The translations under genes and the position numbers were made by a program. The notes beneath the pieces were generated by a model that saw only the letters and a list, made by a program, of their open reading frames with translations, searched no databases and was not told the origin of the DNA. 60,745 nt of DNA from an uncultured virus (IMG/VR IMGVR_UViG_3300042870_000870) (Duplodnaviria > Heunggongvirae > Uroviricota > Caudoviricetes), in IMG/VR virus record IMGVR_UViG_3300042870_000870; one strand, given 5' to 3'. Positions 58,418 through 60,745 of this stretch are shown here, in pieces. How positions within the stretch are numbered: position 1 is the first letter of the stretch; each line of letters opens with the position of its first letter.

Positions 58418-58609
58418 ACCTTTTTTTTTGTCCCGAACATAAATGTATAAAACTGGAAACACCAGTGTACCAGGTAAACCCTTTCCAGTTTTATCCGTTG
58501 TCCAGTCCGTCGGTAAATTCTGGAATAAAAAAAAATTAAAAAAAGTTTGTTGGATATTAAAATAATAGTTGTATATTTGATTATTCATTTACACCTAAAT
58601 AAAATTAAA

Positions 58610-58861
58610 ATGACAAAAGAACAATTACAATTAGAAGTTAACCTACACGGAAGTAGGGTAATATCAAATCGTTTGGTTAATTCTCGAATTAATCGAATTG
58701 TTGGACTTGATATGAATGACCTTCCCGACACCTCCGACCTTTGTGATATTGTCGACGAACTTGACGAACTATTACAAAGTAAAGATTACACATTGGAAAA
58801 TATTAAAAACATTTTAGATGGTATTAATATGGAATTTATTCAAGATATGGTTTTTGGTTAA
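58610..58861 (+). CDS. Early hypothetical protein (Ala-free)
   Basis: MTKEQLQL start after TATATTTG; terminator at 58883-58913. Confidence 0.75.
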   Translation: MTKEQLQLEVNLHGSRVISNRLVNSRINRIVGLDMNDLPDTSDLCDIVDELDELLQSKDYTLENIKNILDGINMEFIQDMVFG

Positions 58862-59071
58862 AATAGGTTAAAGTAAATTGGAAACCCTCGGGATTATGTC
58901 TCGGGGGTTTTTTGTGTTTAAAAAAGTTCAAAAAAAATTTGGAAGTTCAAAAATCCATATCGAACCTGAACTTGTATAAAACTGGAAATGAAAATAAAGT
59001 TGGATAAGTTTGTAGTATATTAAATGAATTGTATTATATTTGATTATTCATTCACACCAAATAAAAACAAA

Positions 59072-59377
59072 ATGGAAATCACCAAAATGAAAAGTCACCA
59101 AGGAAATGTCGTTCCAAATCAATACGATATCAGAATTGGGAACCGAAGAATTTTTAAATCTTATGAGAGTGTCATCGTAATGATTAGAAACGAAAAAGTT
59201 TACTTAGACACAAAGTATTGGAAATATTCAAATACCACGGGAAGGTATCGGAATATGTTTTTAGGAGAAACACAAAAAGAGACCGAAGTTAAAATTAAAT
59301 CGGGAGAATATGTGTTAACCGACTTACAAGGAGAATTAGATAAAGAAGAATTCAAGTTCTTTAAGAATAAAAAATAA
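59072..59377 (+). CDS. Early hypothetical protein (Ala-free)
   Basis: MEITKMKS start; FKSYES and YSNTTGRYRNMFL; terminator at 59395-59422. Confidence 0.8.
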   Translation: MEITKMKSHQGNVVPNQYDIRIGNRRIFKSYESVIVMIRNEKVYLDTKYWKYSNTTGRYRNMFLGETQKETEVKIKSGEYVLTDLQGELDKEEFKFFKNKK

Positions 59378-59556
59378 AAGTTCCCCCACTTTTGAACCCT
59401 CGATTTTATCGGGGGTTTTTTTATGTCCATACTTTTTTCGTCCCGGGGAACACAGGGATGTATAAAACTGGAAATGAAAATAAATTTGGATTAATTGATT
59501 TATATTACGGAAGTTTTATTATATTTGATTATTCATTCACACCAAAAGAAAAAACA

Positions 59557-59802
59557 ATGAAAAAGTTTCAAGAAAATGTTCAGTCACTCGGGGTAATCTT
59601 AATGTTAGTATTTCCCATTTGTATTTTCCTTACAATGTTATGTTCGGACTATCGTACAGAAGAAGGATATAATCAATACGAAGTTATTTCAAGTTTCCTT
59701 GTGAATTGGTATACATTCATTACCTTACCCATCGGAATGTTATTTTATAGTGTCGGTTGGTTTAAAGTTCCACAAAGAAGAAAAAGACCCACCACTTTTT
59801 AA
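59557..59802 (+). CDS. Early two-TM membrane protein (Ala-free)
   Basis: MKKFQENV start; terminator at 59819-59851. Confidence 0.75.
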   Translation: MKKFQENVQSLGVILMLVFPICIFLTMLCSDYRTEEGYNQYEVISSFLVNWYTFITLPIGMLFYSVGWFKVPQRRKRPTTF

Positions 59803-59974
59803 AGTAGTTAGATATTCGAAACCCTCGGACTTTTAGTTCGGGGGTTTTTTTATGTTCGGACGAAATTAACCCAGAAGAATACAGGGATGTATAAAACTGG
59901 AAATTAAATTTATTTTTGTATATCAAAATAATAGTCGTATATTTACTTATTCATTCAACCAAAAGAAAATTAAA

Positions 59975-60145
59975 ATGGAAAAAACACAAAGAGAATTGAC
60001 CTACAACGAATGGGTTAAGGAGTACAAAGTAAGTTCAAGTTATGTGGAACCGACAAAATACTATCAAGGAAATCAAGGTAGTGGATTTGAACCTATGGTA
60101 ATGGAAACCAAACTACAAAGATTTTTTAGGTTGTTGGGATTTTAA
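59975..60145 (+). CDS. Early 56 aa protein (Ala-free), absent from the ORF track
   Basis: MEKTQRELTYNEWVKEYKVSSSYVEPTKYYQG... in cassette position; terminator at 60165-60192. Confidence 0.7.
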   Translation: MEKTQRELTYNEWVKEYKVSSSYVEPTKYYQGNQGSGFEPMVMETKLQRFFRLLGF

Positions 60146-60325
60146 AGATTGTAAATTTATTCAGACCCTTCACGAAAGTGAGGGGTTTTTTTATGTTCAT
60201 ACTTTTCGTCCCGGGAGAATACAGGGATGTATAAAACTGGAAAGGAAAATAAATGTTGGGGAATGTGTTGTATATTAAATGGGTTGTGTTATATTTGGGT
60301 ATTGATTCACCAAAACAAAATCATT

Positions 60326-60508
60326 ATGTCAAATCTACAAGTTACCAAGTACATGTTAGGAATGATTGGAAGTTCCGTAGGAATGATTTCACATCTGTTC
60401 TTAATGATTGAAACATCGGAAGTAATTCATTTCGTTTGTTTCTTATTGTGGTTTGTTATTTTAAGTTGTTGTTATTTTATGTTGGGTAAGAAACTAAAAA
60501 GATTTTAA
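60326..60508 (+). CDS. Early two-TM membrane protein (Ala-free)
   Basis: MSNLQVTK start; terminator at 60534-60567. Confidence 0.7.
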   Translation: MSNLQVTKYMLGMIGSSVGMISHLFLMIETSEVIHFVCFLLWFVILSCCYFMLGKKLKRF

Positions 60509-60688
60509 ATTTGTTTCATAGGTTGATGATTCGAAACCCTCGGAGATTTTCTTCGGGGGTTTTTTTTGTCATACACATTTCTTCCCGGGAGAATATGGGA
60601 ATGTATAAAACTGGAAATGAAATTTATATTTGTATATTAAAATTATATTCGTATATTTGATTATTCATTTACACCAAAAGAAAAAACT

Positions 60689-60745
60689 ATGAACACGATT
60701 ATCGAAATGATTACAAGTCAAGACAACTTATTAGAAAGTACCCTC
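60689..60745 (+). CDS. Next cassette gene, truncated by the window edge
   Basis: MNTIIEMITSQDNLLESTL after TATATTTG. Confidence 0.6.
   Translation, partial: MNTIIEMITSQDNLLESTL

Larger units (their letters stand above)
57509..60617 (+). repeat. Eight exact copies of GTATAAAACTGGAAA, one per intergenic region
   Basis: Copies start at 57509, 58096, 58445, 58974, 59460, 59889, 60229 and 60603. Confidence 0.95.

Noticed and set aside
58547..60325. Long upstream starts given in the ORF track for cassette genes (58547, 59024, 59392, 60227)
   Set aside because: The extensions run through terminator, repeat and promoter sequence. ATGs after the TATATTTG and A-rich region are the consistent starts.
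57106..60508. Alanine avoidance as an adaptation to tRNA-Ala loss alone
   Set aside because: GpC is also absent from non-Ala codons, codon junctions and intergenic DNA, so the constraint is at the nucleotide level.
57509..60617. CRISPR array interpretation of the repeated 15-mer
   Set aside because: Repeats are too short and spacings are about 340-590 bp containing whole genes with promoters and terminators. No cas genes are in the window.
1..60745. Stop-codon reassignment as seen in some large phages
   Set aside because: Genes are full length in the standard code, TAG ends several well-bounded genes (for example the kinase at 5509..5937), and no suppressor tRNA was seen.
1..60745. Bacterial chromosome or prophage origin
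   Set aside because: There are no housekeeping operons or integrase. Dense hypothetical genes, endolysin, Rnl1, homing endonuclease and tRNA arrays fit a large lytic phage.

Overview
This is a 60.7 kb, AT-rich segment of a large (jumbo-type) lytic phage. Its host is very probably a Bacteroidota, judged from TAnnTTTG host-type promoters, A-rich start regions without Shine-Dalgarno sequences, and T9SS/lipoprotein-like genes. It uses the standard genetic code. Left to right it holds: chaperone/protease genes (Hsp20, N-domain-less ClpC); an RNA-repair trio (kinase, Rnl1-like ligase, cyclic-phosphate receiver); an 11.7 kb cell-envelope operon flanked by direct repeats; 14 tRNAs plus one aberrant tRNA-like RNA; an ~800 nt GOLLD-like ncRNA; tmRNA with smpB; putative virion-internal proteins sharing an N-terminal leader and a TATTTATA upstream motif; a glycosylation cluster; lysis genes; an HNH endonuclease; and a final array of small early-gene cassettes. 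Two signals stand out. (1) A 31-codon leader peptide with terminator/antiterminator lies directly upstream of a 7-tRNA operon, and its codons match those same seven tRNAs, suggesting a tRNA-depletion-sensing attenuator. (2) The last 3.8 kb is almost free of the GpC dinucleotide (one found by eye) and encodes only alanine-free proteins, in cassettes separated by a conserved 15-mer. All calls come from reading motifs by eye; no database search was run.
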